From: Minisyncoccota bacterium
GTDB lineage: Bacteria > Patescibacteriota > Minisyncoccia > Phycocordibacterales > UBA2100
DNA: 35,382 bases
Reading direction: 5' to 3'
NCBI GenBank assembly: GCA_041675105.1
Contig: JBAYUL010000001.1
Location: forward strand, 1 to 35,382
Shown in pieces: positions 23,117 through 31,668 of the stretch. Numbering within the stretch: position 1 is the first letter of the stretch; each line of letters starts with the position of its first letter. The notes under the pieces are model-generated. The model was not told the origin of the DNA and did not search any database. It saw nothing but the letters and a program-made list of their open reading frames with translations. Position numbers and translations under genes: made by a program.

Positions 23117-23144
23117 CATTCTCGTTCTATATCTTTTGCGACAC
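23117..23144. other. Hybrid (half) core site at the right junction: CATTCTCGTTC|TATATC|TTTTGCGACAC
   Basis: The spacer and right arm are identical to the left-junction site. The left arm is unrelated to ATGTCGCACAA. Confidence 0.55.
23128..23142 (+). repeat. Direct repeat copy 2 (TATATCTTTTGCGAC)
   Basis: Identical 15-mer at 18336-18350. Confidence 0.9.
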
Positions 23145-23329
23145 GTAGGCCTAGGCACATCGGCCTGATATAGTTTACACATCCGGCTGTGAGTTGCCTG
23201 TCCGGATACTGGCCGCTGTAGGCCAGTGAGTGTTGAGCCATGTTTGTCTTGAATGTCGGATCCCGCGTTGGGATTCGATCCCCTAGACTTGCCCCATACA
23301 CCGGTCGTCGGTCGCGGGGCTTTTTCTTT
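23143..23329 (+). ncRNA. Candidate structured RNA or long structured 3' UTR ending in a terminator (family unknown)
   Basis: No convincing ORF. Adjacent perfect hairpins ATCCGG-N15-CCGGAT (23181-23207) and ACTGGCC-gctgta-GGCCAGT (23208-23227), then GGATCCC/GGGATTC pairing and a terminator with a T-run on the plus strand only. Confidence 0.25.
23291..23329 (+). terminator. Rho-independent terminator candidate (plus strand)
   Basis: GCCCC...ACCG-gtcgt-CGGT...GGGGC composite hairpin followed by TTTTTCTTT. Confidence 0.5.
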
Positions 23330-23467
23330 GCTATGCTATGAGGAGCTGGTGCCGGACACTGCGTCCCGCGCCAGCAGTACAGCGGCTGTCGCTGTTGCCC
23401 CTATACTTTTTCAATACAATCTTCGATTGTCACGAAAAAGTCCCTAGGGGCTGTTTCTATGGCGGTC

Positions 23468-23473
23468 TATACT
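23468..23473 (+). promoter_or_regulatory. -10-like box TATACT, 6 nt upstream of ATG 23480
   Basis: gtcTATACTcacgatATG. Confidence 0.4.
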
Positions 23474-23479
23474 CACGAT

Positions 23480-24127
23480 ATGTATACCGACGAGCTCAAA
23501 AGACTTTTGTCGCCGCTCGAGCGACGAATATTCGCACGACTGACTTCCCCGCAAAAGATCCAGGATTTTCTCGATACCCTCTCGATCAATTTTGAGAAAA
23601 GTGGAGAGACGTATATGTCGCCGCGCAGGACCCTCAAGACAAAGACCGCGCACTGTTTTGAGGGCGCGCTGGTTGCCGCCGTGGCGCTGGCATATCACGG
23701 CGAGAAGCCGCTCCTCATGGACCTGCGTACCGAGCCTGATGATGAGGATCACGTGGTCGCTTTGTTTCGAAGGAACGGCCTATGGGGCGCCATGAGCAAG
23801 ACCAATCACGCTACCCTTCGATATCGGGACCCTGTGTATCGATCGCCGCGCGAGCTCGCGATGTCATATTTCCACGAGTATATCGACAAGCGCGGAAGAA
23901 AGACCCTTCGAGAATATTCGGCACCGTTCGATCTGAGAAAGTACGAGACGGACAGCTGGCTCACCGCGGAGTTTGAGCTCGTGTCGCTCGTGAACGATCT
24001 CGATGACTCACGCCACTTCCCTATCGTTCCGAAGAAAAATCTAAGATCGCTGCGCAGGGCCACACAATTCGAGATACGAACGATGGACGCGACCGAGTGG
24101 CGTGCGAGAGATAATTCGACAGGCTGA
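23480..24127 (+). CDS. Hypothetical protein with possible Cys/His (papain/transglutaminase-like) motif
   Basis: Conserved-looking 'KTAHCFEGALVAAVAL' and 'DHVVALF...GLWGAMSKTNH'. The function is inferred only. The ORF track starts at ATG 23459; ATG 23480 fits the -10 geometry. Confidence 0.6.
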   Translation: MYTDELKRLLSPLERRIFARLTSPQKIQDFLDTLSINFEKSGETYMSPRRTLKTKTAHCFEGALVAAVALAYHGEKPLLMDLRTEPDDEDHVVALFRRNGLWGAMSKTNHATLRYRDPVYRSPRELAMSYFHEYIDKRGRKTLREYSAPFDLRKYETDSWLTAEFELVSLVNDLDDSRHFPIVPKKNLRSLRRATQFEIRTMDATEWRARDNSTG

Positions 24128-25402
24128 TCATAAATAATTAAGCGGATTCAGATAGCCGCTGATCGGCGGCACCGGCATTACAGCTCCCGCACACGGCGTT
24201 GTCGCTTTTGTCGCGTCGCCGAGTTTGAGTATTTTGGTCACGGCGGTCACGTAGACCCCGAAATGGAGATGCGGGCCGGTTGCATAGCCCGTTTCGCCGC
24301 TGTAACCGAGCAGTTGGCCGGTGGCAACGGATTGGCCCTGTGTGACGTTTACCTGGGAAAGGTGCGCGTACATGGTGCTGAGGCCGTTGTTGTGCCGCAC
24401 CATGACCCATTTGCCGAACGAGTAGCAGCCGCGCACCAGATCGGTATTACCGGTGCCGGCAATAGTACCGCCGAGCGCCGATTTGATCGGAGTGCCGATG
24501 GGTGCGGCAAAGTCCATGCCGTTGTGACCCTTGCCGCCGTAGGCACCGGAAGCGGCGAACGGCGTATTACCGAAGTACTGCGTAATGCGCACGTTGTCGA
24601 GCGGCCAATGCAGCACTCCTTTGCCGGCCGGAGTTATTTGCGAAGGGTTCACGGCAACGTTCAGCTGCGCTTTCAGGTTGCTGAGCGCCGCTTCGAAACT
24701 CTCCTGCTGCGCCTTCTTCTGTGCAAGTATTTTTTGATAGGTCGATTCCTGCGATTTTGTCTGCGCGAGGAGTTCCGCCTGTGCGCGTCGAGTCGCATCT
24801 AGAGAGCCCTGCTGAGAAGCGAGCGTCTGCTGCTGTTTGAGGAGCTGTGCCCGTTTCGATTCCGCCGTCGCCTTTGATTCCGACAAGCTCTTCTTTTCTT
24901 GTGCGAGCCTTTCGATATCCGTTTGGACCGCGCTCTGTATGTTCGCGATGTAATCGATATCTTGCCACGCGTCCGAAATATCCGCAGCTGAAAGTACGGA
25001 AATGGACAGTGGCTGCTGTTCGGTCTCGTTGAGCGAGCGTATCGATTGAGCCAGCCCGGCCCGGTCGCCCTCGATCGTCGTTTGCTTGTCGGCGATACCG
25101 CTCGCGAGTTGTTGGATCTGGATCTCAGTTGTTTTGATCTGGCTCTTCGTTACGGTGATGGATGCGGTAAGTTTCTTTCGCTGCAGATCGAGTTGTGAGA
25201 TCTTATTCTGCAACGTGTTCTTCTGCTTCGTCGTCGAATCGAGTTGCGCCTGGTATTGCGCTATCTCTTTATTGAGCTGCTCGATCTGGGCGTTGTTTTG
25301 CTCGATCTGTTGCTGCAATTCCGCTTCTGATTGTGCGAAGGAAAAAACAGGCAATAGAATAAGCGCGAACAGCATGTACGCGAACAAGTATCTAAGCGTC
25401 AT
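24128..25402 (-). CDS. M23 family metallopeptidase with N-terminal coiled coil (EnvC-like murein hydrolase/activator)
   Basis: Signal/TM 'MTLRYLFAYMLFALILLPVFSFA', a Q-rich coiled coil, and M23 motifs 'HNGMDFAAPIGTPI' and 'GYSGETGYATGPHLHFGVY'. Start ATG 25402 overlaps the gltX stop (ATGA). Confidence 0.9.
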   Translation of the reverse strand: MTLRYLFAYMLFALILLPVFSFAQSEAELQQQIEQNNAQIEQLNKEIAQYQAQLDSTTKQKNTLQNKISQLDLQRKKLTASITVTKSQIKTTEIQIQQLASGIADKQTTIEGDRAGLAQSIRSLNETEQQPLSISVLSAADISDAWQDIDYIANIQSAVQTDIERLAQEKKSLSESKATAESKRAQLLKQQQTLASQQGSLDATRRAQAELLAQTKSQESTYQKILAQKKAQQESFEAALSNLKAQLNVAVNPSQITPAGKGVLHWPLDNVRITQYFGNTPFAASGAYGGKGHNGMDFAAPIGTPIKSALGGTIAGTGNTDLVRGCYSFGKWVMVRHNNGLSTMYAHLSQVNVTQGQSVATGQLLGYSGETGYATGPHLHFGVYVTAVTKILKLGDATKATTPCAGAVMPVPPISGYLNPLNYL

Positions 25403-26742
25403 ACGAGAACGGAGATGCCCCTCTTGATCCGTGCGAGCGTCGTGTCTTTTCCAATGATCGATGCGATAAGGAATGGGTCTGGAGATCGCGCACGGCCGGA
25501 GAGCGCGTACCGGAGCGGCCACAATACGGCACCTCTTCCCTTTGTTGTCGCGTAATCCCACACGATACCCTTGAGACGTTCGGGGTCGGCGAAGATTTCT
25601 TCCGACGCGCTGCTCAGCAATTCATGAAGCGCCGAGAGATGCTCCGCGGCTTCCGCCGGGGACGCACTTTTTCCGGGCAATTCAGACGCGTCGGGTGTCG
25701 GATCGTTAAAGAAGCAGTCGAACTCACCCTCTAGAGCAAGGTCATTGATGTCACTCCAGACACTGATGCGCTCTTTGACTATCGGCATTATGCGCATGCC
25801 CATCTCCGCATTCCAGAGCAGGCCCCGCTCCCCTGCCACCTTTTGAAGGATGGGCATGACCTGGTGCGCAAATTCGTCATCGCTCAGCTTTAGTATGTAC
25901 TCGCGGTTGTACCAGCGGAGCTTCTCGATATCGAATACGGCGCCGCTTTTGTGAAGGTCTTCCAGTTCGAATTCTTCCACCATTTCGGCAAGCGTAAGGA
26001 TCTCTCGTCCCGAGGGCGGCGTCCAGCCGAGCACGGCTATGTAATTAAGAAGCGCCTCAGGCAGGAATCCCTTTTCTCGGTAGCTACGCACGGCGACATC
26101 CCCGGTGCGCTTCGAGAGTTTTGATTTGTCGGAACCAAGATGCAGCGGGTAGTGAGCGTAGTGCGGTCGCTCGTATCCAAGTGCCTCCTGAATAAGTATC
26201 TGGCGCGGCGTGTTCGATATATGATCCTCACCGCGGATGATATGCGTGATGCCCTGCGTGGCGTCATCAACGACGACAGCGAGATGATAGAGCGGATCGT
26301 CGATGGCGCGCCCGATGGTAAAGTCTCCGAGCTCTGTAGTATCGAATGTGATATCGCCACGTACGATATCCGTGAAGGTCACCGATCTGCCAGGGTTTCG
26401 CAGTCGTATTACTTGCACGAGTTTCCCCGGCTCTTTTTTGCTTTCCTCTTCTGATACGTATGCTTTGTTCTCCTTCACGAGCTGCTGCATGGCCTCTGTG
26501 TGAGCTGCGACGAGCTCCGTGGTGCGGCTGAACTCATCCCATGAGAGTCCGAGCCATTTGAGCTGCTCTTTAATATCCTCTTCGTATTCGATCTTGCTGC
26601 GCTCTTTGTCGGTGTCCTCGCTGCGGAAGAATATCGTGCCGCCATGTTTTTTGGCGAAGAGGTAGTTGAGGACAGCCATACGCGCGGTGCCCACGTGGCA
26701 GTACCCTGTCGGGCTTGGGGGAAATCGTACGCGCACACTCAT
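25399..26742 (-). CDS. gltX: Glutamyl-tRNA synthetase
   Basis: 'RVRFPPSPTGYCHVGTARMAVLNYLFAK' (HIGH region) and 'KLSKR' (KMSKS-like). Confidence 0.95.
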   Translation of the reverse strand: MSVRVRFPPSPTGYCHVGTARMAVLNYLFAKKHGGTIFFRSEDTDKERSKIEYEEDIKEQLKWLGLSWDEFSRTTELVAAHTEAMQQLVKENKAYVSEEESKKEPGKLVQVIRLRNPGRSVTFTDIVRGDITFDTTELGDFTIGRAIDDPLYHLAVVVDDATQGITHIIRGEDHISNTPRQILIQEALGYERPHYAHYPLHLGSDKSKLSKRTGDVAVRSYREKGFLPEALLNYIAVLGWTPPSGREILTLAEMVEEFELEDLHKSGAVFDIEKLRWYNREYILKLSDDEFAHQVMPILQKVAGERGLLWNAEMGMRIMPIVKERISVWSDINDLALEGEFDCFFNDPTPDASELPGKSASPAEAAEHLSALHELLSSASEEIFADPERLKGIVWDYATTKGRGAVLWPLRYALSGRARSPDPFLIASIIGKDTTLARIKRGISVLV

Positions 26743-27881
26743 ACAGGTTCGTGAGACAAAGCGGTTTCGATGATGACCGTGGCGATCTTCTTTGCAGCCG
26801 CGGGACGAGCGAACGCACGTGCGGCTTCGGACATCACCCTGACACGTTCAGGGTCTTGTGTGATGCGCTCTATCTCGGCAATAAGGATGTGAGATGCAAG
26901 GTTCCGCTGATCAATGACCACCGAGGCTCCCGACCGTGCATACGAGAATGCGTTATCGGTCTGATCGTGCGAGACGTTAAGCGGTATCGGTATAAGGATG
27001 GACGGTAGACCCCAGGCAGCGATCTCGAATATCGTGCCGCTGCCCGCGCGCGCAACGATAAGTGTCGCGATCCCGGCAGCCATTCGAAGCGCAAGCGCGT
27101 TCAGAAGACCGAAAGCATGATATCGCTCCGGATACGTGGACTTCTTAAGCACGACGGAAGCGATCCCTGCGGTTTCTTCGAGATTCGCCGTGCCGGTCTG
27201 GTGGATGACATTGTATGTCTTTACGAGCTCGGGCAGTGCGTCGATGATGGTCTCGTTGATCGCCTTTGCACCTTGAGAACCACCCATGATAAAAATGGTC
27301 TTAAGGTTCGGATCAAGCTTCAAAAATTCGTAGCCGCCCTCCGCGGTCGGATGCTCTATCTCACGTCGTATCGGATGGCCGACACGCGCTATTCTGTCCC
27401 GTACGCGTTCGGGAAAGTGTGCGGCCGCCTCGGGATGTGCGACACCTATCCAGCGCGCGAACCGCGAAGACCAGAGCGATACGCGGCCCGGCTTTGCATC
27501 GGCGTCGTAGATGATGCATGGGATGCGCAGCAGGCGTGCCGCGTACAGTGTCGGGAATGCGGCATATCCTCCGGTGGAGAAAATAACGTCGGGATACAGG
27601 CCGTAGAGCATGAACGTCGAGCGTAGTATTCCCAAACCAGTAGAAAACACACTGAATACATTGAGGATGCTGCGGTAGCGGCGCATTCGTCCCGCAGGGC
27701 TCTGTACATAACGGATATCGTGCTCCTGCAAGGAGAGCATGTCGAACGGCGCGGGCCCTATATAAAAGAGTTCTGGCTCAATAAGCGTACGCTCGATAGC
27801 AATGTCCTCGATCGCCTCGGCGACGGCAATAAGCGGGTAAAAGTGACCGCCGGTCCCGCCACCCGTGAGTGCGATTCGCAT
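26739..27881 (-). CDS. murG: UDP-N-acetylglucosamine--N-acetylmuramyl-(pentapeptide) pyrophosphoryl-undecaprenol GlcNAc transferase
   Basis: 'MRIALTGGGTGGHFYPLIAVAEA' and 'GGSQGA'. The stop overlaps the gltX start (ATGA). Confidence 0.9.
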   Translation of the reverse strand: MRIALTGGGTGGHFYPLIAVAEAIEDIAIERTLIEPELFYIGPAPFDMLSLQEHDIRYVQSPAGRMRRYRSILNVFSVFSTGLGILRSTFMLYGLYPDVIFSTGGYAAFPTLYAARLLRIPCIIYDADAKPGRVSLWSSRFARWIGVAHPEAAAHFPERVRDRIARVGHPIRREIEHPTAEGGYEFLKLDPNLKTIFIMGGSQGAKAINETIIDALPELVKTYNVIHQTGTANLEETAGIASVVLKKSTYPERYHAFGLLNALALRMAAGIATLIVARAGSGTIFEIAAWGLPSILIPIPLNVSHDQTDNAFSYARSGASVVIDQRNLASHILIAEIERITQDPERVRVMSEAARAFARPAAAKKIATVIIETALSHEPV

Positions 27882-27889
27882 ATGAAGGT

Positions 27890-27917
27890 ATTGTAACGCG
27901 TCCGTCGCTTTTTGTAA
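27890..27917 (-). promoter_or_regulatory. Internal sigma70-like promoter: TTACAA-N16-TACAAT, -10 box 8 nt upstream of murG ATG
   Basis: Minus strand: TTACAAaaagcgacggacgcgtTACAATaccttcatATG. Confidence 0.45.
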
Positions 27918-27935
27918 CTTTGTGTATGTGCGGGT

Positions 27936-29042
27936 CTAGGAAGTCTTGCGGCTACGCGCCCGTGAGATATTGAGCAGTATGCCGGCTGCGCCGAGCGATG
28001 CGAGCATGGCGCTTCCGCCCTGGCTCACGAAAGTCAATGGTATACCGGTAAGCGGCGCAACGCCGAGCATGGATGCGATATTGATGAACGCCTCGGCAGA
28101 AAGGTATGTTGAGAGGCCCACGGCGAGCAGGGATCCGAAGTGATCGCTTGCGCGAGCCGCGACGCTGAATCCGCGTAGGGCGAACCCAAGAAAAAGGAGC
28201 ACGATGACTACGGACCCGACAAAACCCATTTCCTCAGCCGCTACGGCGAAGATCGAATCTCCCATCGGCTCGGGTAAATAGGTGAACTTTTGTATCCCCT
28301 GCCCGAAACCACGCCCAAGCAGTCCTCCGGATCCTATGGCGATGAGAGATTGTTTCAACTGGTAGGACTCTGCCTGCTGGCCCTGCGACGGATGTATGAA
28401 GGTCATGATGCGGTCCTTCATGTACGGCCTCACGAGCGTCAAGGAGCCAAGTGCGACGATCGCGATGCACAACGTTACCCCGATCTGCTTCCACGATGCT
28501 CCCGCGGCGAAGTACACTGCGCCGACGCCGATGCAGATGACGCCCAAGGTGCCGATATCCGGCTGTGCGACGAGGATAAAGACCGGCAGGGCGAGAATGG
28601 CCGCAAAACCACCGAGGCCGTAGGTGAACGTTTCTGATCGGCGGCCTATTGTTGAATAGTATGCGGCCGCAAGCATGATGGCAGCTATCTTGAGCCCCTC
28701 GGCGGGCTGAAAGGAGATGCCCGCGAGCAGTATCCAACGTCTGCCGCCTCCGTGGGCAAATCCGATATGCGGAATGAACACTGCAAGCGTCGCGAGGACC
28801 GCAAGCCCGAAGATATACGGCGCGTATTTCCTCCAGACGCGGTAATCGATGGTGGCGCCCACAATGAGCGCGACGAGACCCAGTCCGACACCGAGCGCCA
28901 AGTGTCCGAATAGTACAGAGCTCATGTTCGTCGAACCTCGCGCAAGAAGTCCAAAAGCCGCTGATGCGAAGATCATGCATCCGCCTATCACAAGTACGGC
29001 GAGCAAAAGCACGAGAGTTCTATCGAAACGGCCGCGCTTCAT
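27936..29042 (-). CDS. ftsW: SEDS family peptidoglycan glycosyltransferase FtsW/RodA
   Basis: ~10 TM helices, 'FQPAEGLKIAAIM', 'PEPMGDSIFAVAAEEMGF', 'GVAPLTGIPLTFVSQGGSA'. Located between mraY and murG. Confidence 0.9.
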   Translation of the reverse strand: MKRGRFDRTLVLLLAVLVIGGCMIFASAAFGLLARGSTNMSSVLFGHLALGVGLGLVALIVGATIDYRVWRKYAPYIFGLAVLATLAVFIPHIGFAHGGGRRWILLAGISFQPAEGLKIAAIMLAAAYYSTIGRRSETFTYGLGGFAAILALPVFILVAQPDIGTLGVICIGVGAVYFAAGASWKQIGVTLCIAIVALGSLTLVRPYMKDRIMTFIHPSQGQQAESYQLKQSLIAIGSGGLLGRGFGQGIQKFTYLPEPMGDSIFAVAAEEMGFVGSVVIVLLFLGFALRGFSVAARASDHFGSLLAVGLSTYLSAEAFINIASMLGVAPLTGIPLTFVSQGGSAMLASLGAAGILLNISRARSRKTS

Positions 29043-29046
29043 CCCT

Positions 29047-30141
29047 CTATAATATCACCGGCAAAAGTGTGCCGGTCGCCGAAAGGGCGGTGAGTGCGAT
29101 GATCACGCCGGCGAAAGCAAAGACGACGGAAAGGATCCAATAGCGCATGACCACCTTGCTTCCCGGCCAGCCGATGGCCTCAAAGTGGTGGTGAAGCGGC
29201 GCAATGCGGAATAGCTTCCTGCCGAAGATCTTTTTGGAGAGCATCTGCGCGATATCGGAGAGCACCGTCACGACAAGCAACATACCGATAACGGGCAACA
29301 CCGAGATACCGACGCCCCCGCCGAGCTTGTCGGTCATGAACGCAATGACACCAAGGACGAGGGTGAGTCCCATTGTGCCGGTGTCTGTCATGTAAAAACG
29401 CGCCGGGGGCACGTTAAACCACAAGAACGCGAGCAGTCCGCCCACGATAGCGGCGGAAAAAGCGGCGAGGTCGATCTGATTTTGCGCGAACGCGATGATG
29501 GAGTACGACGCAAAAATGGAGGCGAACACGCCTCCCGAAAGGCCGTCGATGCCGTCGATGACACCGGATGCGTAGAGCGCGAGCGACACCAGTATGTAAA
29601 GAGGGATGATGAGTGCACCGATCTCTAGTGGCGCGTGGAACGGTATGCTCACGCTCGTTACATCGAGTTTGTCCCAGAACCACCATCCAATGAATGATGA
29701 GAGCACAAAAACAAACAGCAAGCGATAGCGGAGTGCGAGACCCTCCGCGTTGGGGCGAATGACGAGCAGGTCGTCGACCAGGCCGACGAGGGACCCGCCA
29801 AGAAGTGCGGCAAGCGGCAGCCAAGTCTGGTTGCGGCTGAGGAAGTCAAGACGCAGGATCTCTGCCCGCGGATCGAAAAAAGCTACTATGGAGATGCCGA
29901 CGACCGTCAGCACGACACTGCCCCACACGACGATTCCGCCCATGCGTGGCGCTCGGACCTCGTGACGCACGTGGAGTCTGTTGAATTCCTGCGCCGCAGA
30001 ACCGTCAAGACCGATCTTGCCGGATCGTTTTTTCCATGCCTTGAACTTATATAAATAGTGAGTGAGCGCAGGGGTAAATACGATGCCGATAACGAATGCG
30101 GTGGCGGCGGGTACCAATACTCTGATGAGATCGTACAACAT
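29047..30141 (-). CDS. mraY: Phospho-N-acetylmuramoyl-pentapeptide transferase
   Basis: 'RAPRMGGIVVW', 'GLVDDLL', 'IDGIDGLSGG', 'FNVPPARFYMTDTG', 'APLHHHFE'. Confidence 0.95.
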   Translation of the reverse strand: MLYDLIRVLVPAATAFVIGIVFTPALTHYLYKFKAWKKRSGKIGLDGSAAQEFNRLHVRHEVRAPRMGGIVVWGSVVLTVVGISIVAFFDPRAEILRLDFLSRNQTWLPLAALLGGSLVGLVDDLLVIRPNAEGLALRYRLLFVFVLSSFIGWWFWDKLDVTSVSIPFHAPLEIGALIIPLYILVSLALYASGVIDGIDGLSGGVFASIFASYSIIAFAQNQIDLAAFSAAIVGGLLAFLWFNVPPARFYMTDTGTMGLTLVLGVIAFMTDKLGGGVGISVLPVIGMLLVVTVLSDIAQMLSKKIFGRKLFRIAPLHHHFEAIGWPGSKVVMRYWILSVVFAFAGVIIALTALSATGTLLPVIL

Positions 30142-30143
30142 AT

Positions 30144-31121
30144 CTATTGTGTTACTGCGTCCCTGGCGGCGGTAACAAGCTTTTGAATGTCGGTGAATCG
30201 TCCTTGGTGCGATGAGCCGAGGACAACTGCAACAACGGGATGTGCGAGTCCTATATCAAAAACGACGGCAAGGTTCCCGCCGGCAAGGTCGGTGAATCCC
30301 GTCTTTCCCATGATGAGGCCGGGTATCTTGCCCAGTGCCTCGTTGGTATTGAATGCAGATGTGGTGCCTCCTTGTTCATCGGTGAGTAGCAGCCCGTCTT
30401 TGGCCGTACCGGCGAATACCGCATAGCTCGTAGATGCGGCGTAGGCGAAGATCGCTTCGACGTCCCGAGCGCTGCCATAAGCGCCTGATTGAGTGAGGCT
30501 CTCATCTAAACCGCTTACGTTAAGAAAATAGGTGTGCGAAAGACCAAGTTGCTTTGCGAGATCGTTCATGCGCCAAAGCGTAGCGCCTACGAGCGGAGAG
30601 GCGGGGTACTGCGCATGGACTTCGGCATCCGCAGCGCTCGCCAGGATCTTCGCGCCCTCGTTCGAAGACGCGATGAGCGTGAAGTTGATGACATCGCTTA
30701 CCTTCCAGCGTTCTCCTTTTGCCAGACGCTGCGCGCTTCCCTTCGGAGCGGTGTCGTACGGAATAGTGATCACCGCATCGGCCGGTAAGGAACTGGAGAC
30801 AACGAGGATCAACGGGACTTTCGTAAGTGATGCGAGCGGCAGTTGCGCGTCGGGATTCAATTCGTAGAGTGTCTTTCCAGTGGTGAGGTCCACCACGATC
30901 GCACTTTTTGCCTCTATGGATATATCGGTGAAGGGGTCGCTCGTGGTAGCGGCCGCGGATGTTTGGGCTCTCTGTGCGACGCGAATGTCCAAGAGCGAGA
31001 ATACGACGAACGCCATCGCAATGCCGAGCATGAGCAAAGCAAAGATCCCCACCGCATGCGGTGAACGCAGGAAAGCGTCCGGACTATTCGGAGTGTTCTG
31101 TGTTTCCGGCATGATCGTCAA
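30144..31121 (-). CDS. D-alanyl-D-alanine carboxypeptidase (S11 family PBP)
   Basis: SxxK 'ASLTKV', SxN 'SSNEG', KTG 'KTGFT', plus an N-terminal TM anchor. The 5' end overlaps the scpB 3' end. Confidence 0.85.
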   Translation of the reverse strand: MTIMPETQNTPNSPDAFLRSPHAVGIFALLMLGIAMAFVVFSLLDIRVAQRAQTSAAATTSDPFTDISIEAKSAIVVDLTTGKTLYELNPDAQLPLASLTKVPLILVVSSSLPADAVITIPYDTAPKGSAQRLAKGERWKVSDVINFTLIASSNEGAKILASAADAEVHAQYPASPLVGATLWRMNDLAKQLGLSHTYFLNVSGLDESLTQSGAYGSARDVEAIFAYAASTSYAVFAGTAKDGLLLTDEQGGTTSAFNTNEALGKIPGLIMGKTGFTDLAGGNLAVVFDIGLAHPVVAVVLGSSHQGRFTDIQKLVTAARDAVTQ

Positions 31122-31668
31122 ACGGCTCTTTCGATTTTTGTGATTCCTCGAACGCGGCCAATTCGCTGGCTATTTTAGCATACTCCGGCAGTTCGCGCCC
31201 ATCGCGCGCCCCGAGATGGGCGAGCAGTTCGACCGTAGGCCGATACAGGTACTCGCGAGCATCTTCGGGATTCGCTGTCCTTTCGAGCAGTCCGCGAGCC
31301 GCGAGCAGTCGTATCGTCGAAGACGTGTTGACGCCGCGGATGTAATCGATCTGCGAACGCGTAGAGGGCCCTCGGTAGAGCACGATGGCGAGCACCTCGA
31401 GGCCGGCGTCGCCTATCTCACGACCGAGCTCCCGTTCAAACGCGCCCTGTACCGTCTCTGTCGCCTCCGGAGCGACGGCAAGGGTAACGTCCCGCTCGGT
31501 CTCTACAATGGTGAGTCCGGTCCCCTGTTTTGTGTCACGCAATATCTGTATCGCGGCAGCGAGCTGATCGGGATCAGCTTCAAGGATCTGCGCGAGCTTC
31601 TTCTTGGCGATCGTACCGCCTTCGCTGAAAAGTAACGCTTCGATCTTTTGTTGAAGTTCCATGGTCAT
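31084..31668 (-). CDS. scpB: Segregation and condensation protein B
   Basis: 'IEALLFSEGGTI...LAQIL' and 'LEVLAIVLYRGPSTRSQIDYIRGVNTSSTIRLLAARGLL' (ScpB wHTH repeats). Confidence 0.85.
   Translation of the reverse strand: MTMELQQKIEALLFSEGGTIAKKKLAQILEADPDQLAAAIQILRDTKQGTGLTIVETERDVTLAVAPEATETVQGAFERELGREIGDAGLEVLAIVLYRGPSTRSQIDYIRGVNTSSTIRLLAARGLLERTANPEDAREYLYRPTVELLAHLGARDGRELPEYAKIASELAAFEESQKSKEPFDDHAGNTEHSE

Larger units (their letters stand above)
18336..23142 (-). mobile_element. Integrated ~4.8-kb rolling-circle-replicon-like element (IMEX-like), bounded by 15-bp direct repeats
   Basis: Perfect direct repeat TATATCTTTTGCGAC at 18336-18350 and 23128-23142. Five co-oriented minus-strand genes, visibly lower GC. 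Carries an HUH Rep, a GC-rich ori-like hairpin and no complete integrase. Confidence 0.7.

Noticed and set aside
18344-23152. Treating the extended similarity after the direct repeat (GCGAC-GTATAGCC vs GCGACACGTAGGCC) as part of the repeat.
   Set aside because: It requires a 2-nt indel plus mismatches. Only the 15-bp core is exact, so the repeat is reported as 15 bp.
23262-23300. A tRNA or tmRNA 3' end (T-arm-like GGGATTCGATCCCC) as the integration target.
   Set aside because: The loop lacks the G53-T54-T55-C56 context; an A precedes TTCGATC. No complementary 7-nt acceptor strand or CCA context could be built on either strand, and no tmRNA 5'/3' pairing was found.
23116-23301. The 61-aa minus-strand ORF in the structured intergenic region.
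   Set aside because: It has no SD or -10 geometry and would run across the element junction repeat. The region is better explained by its dense hairpins.
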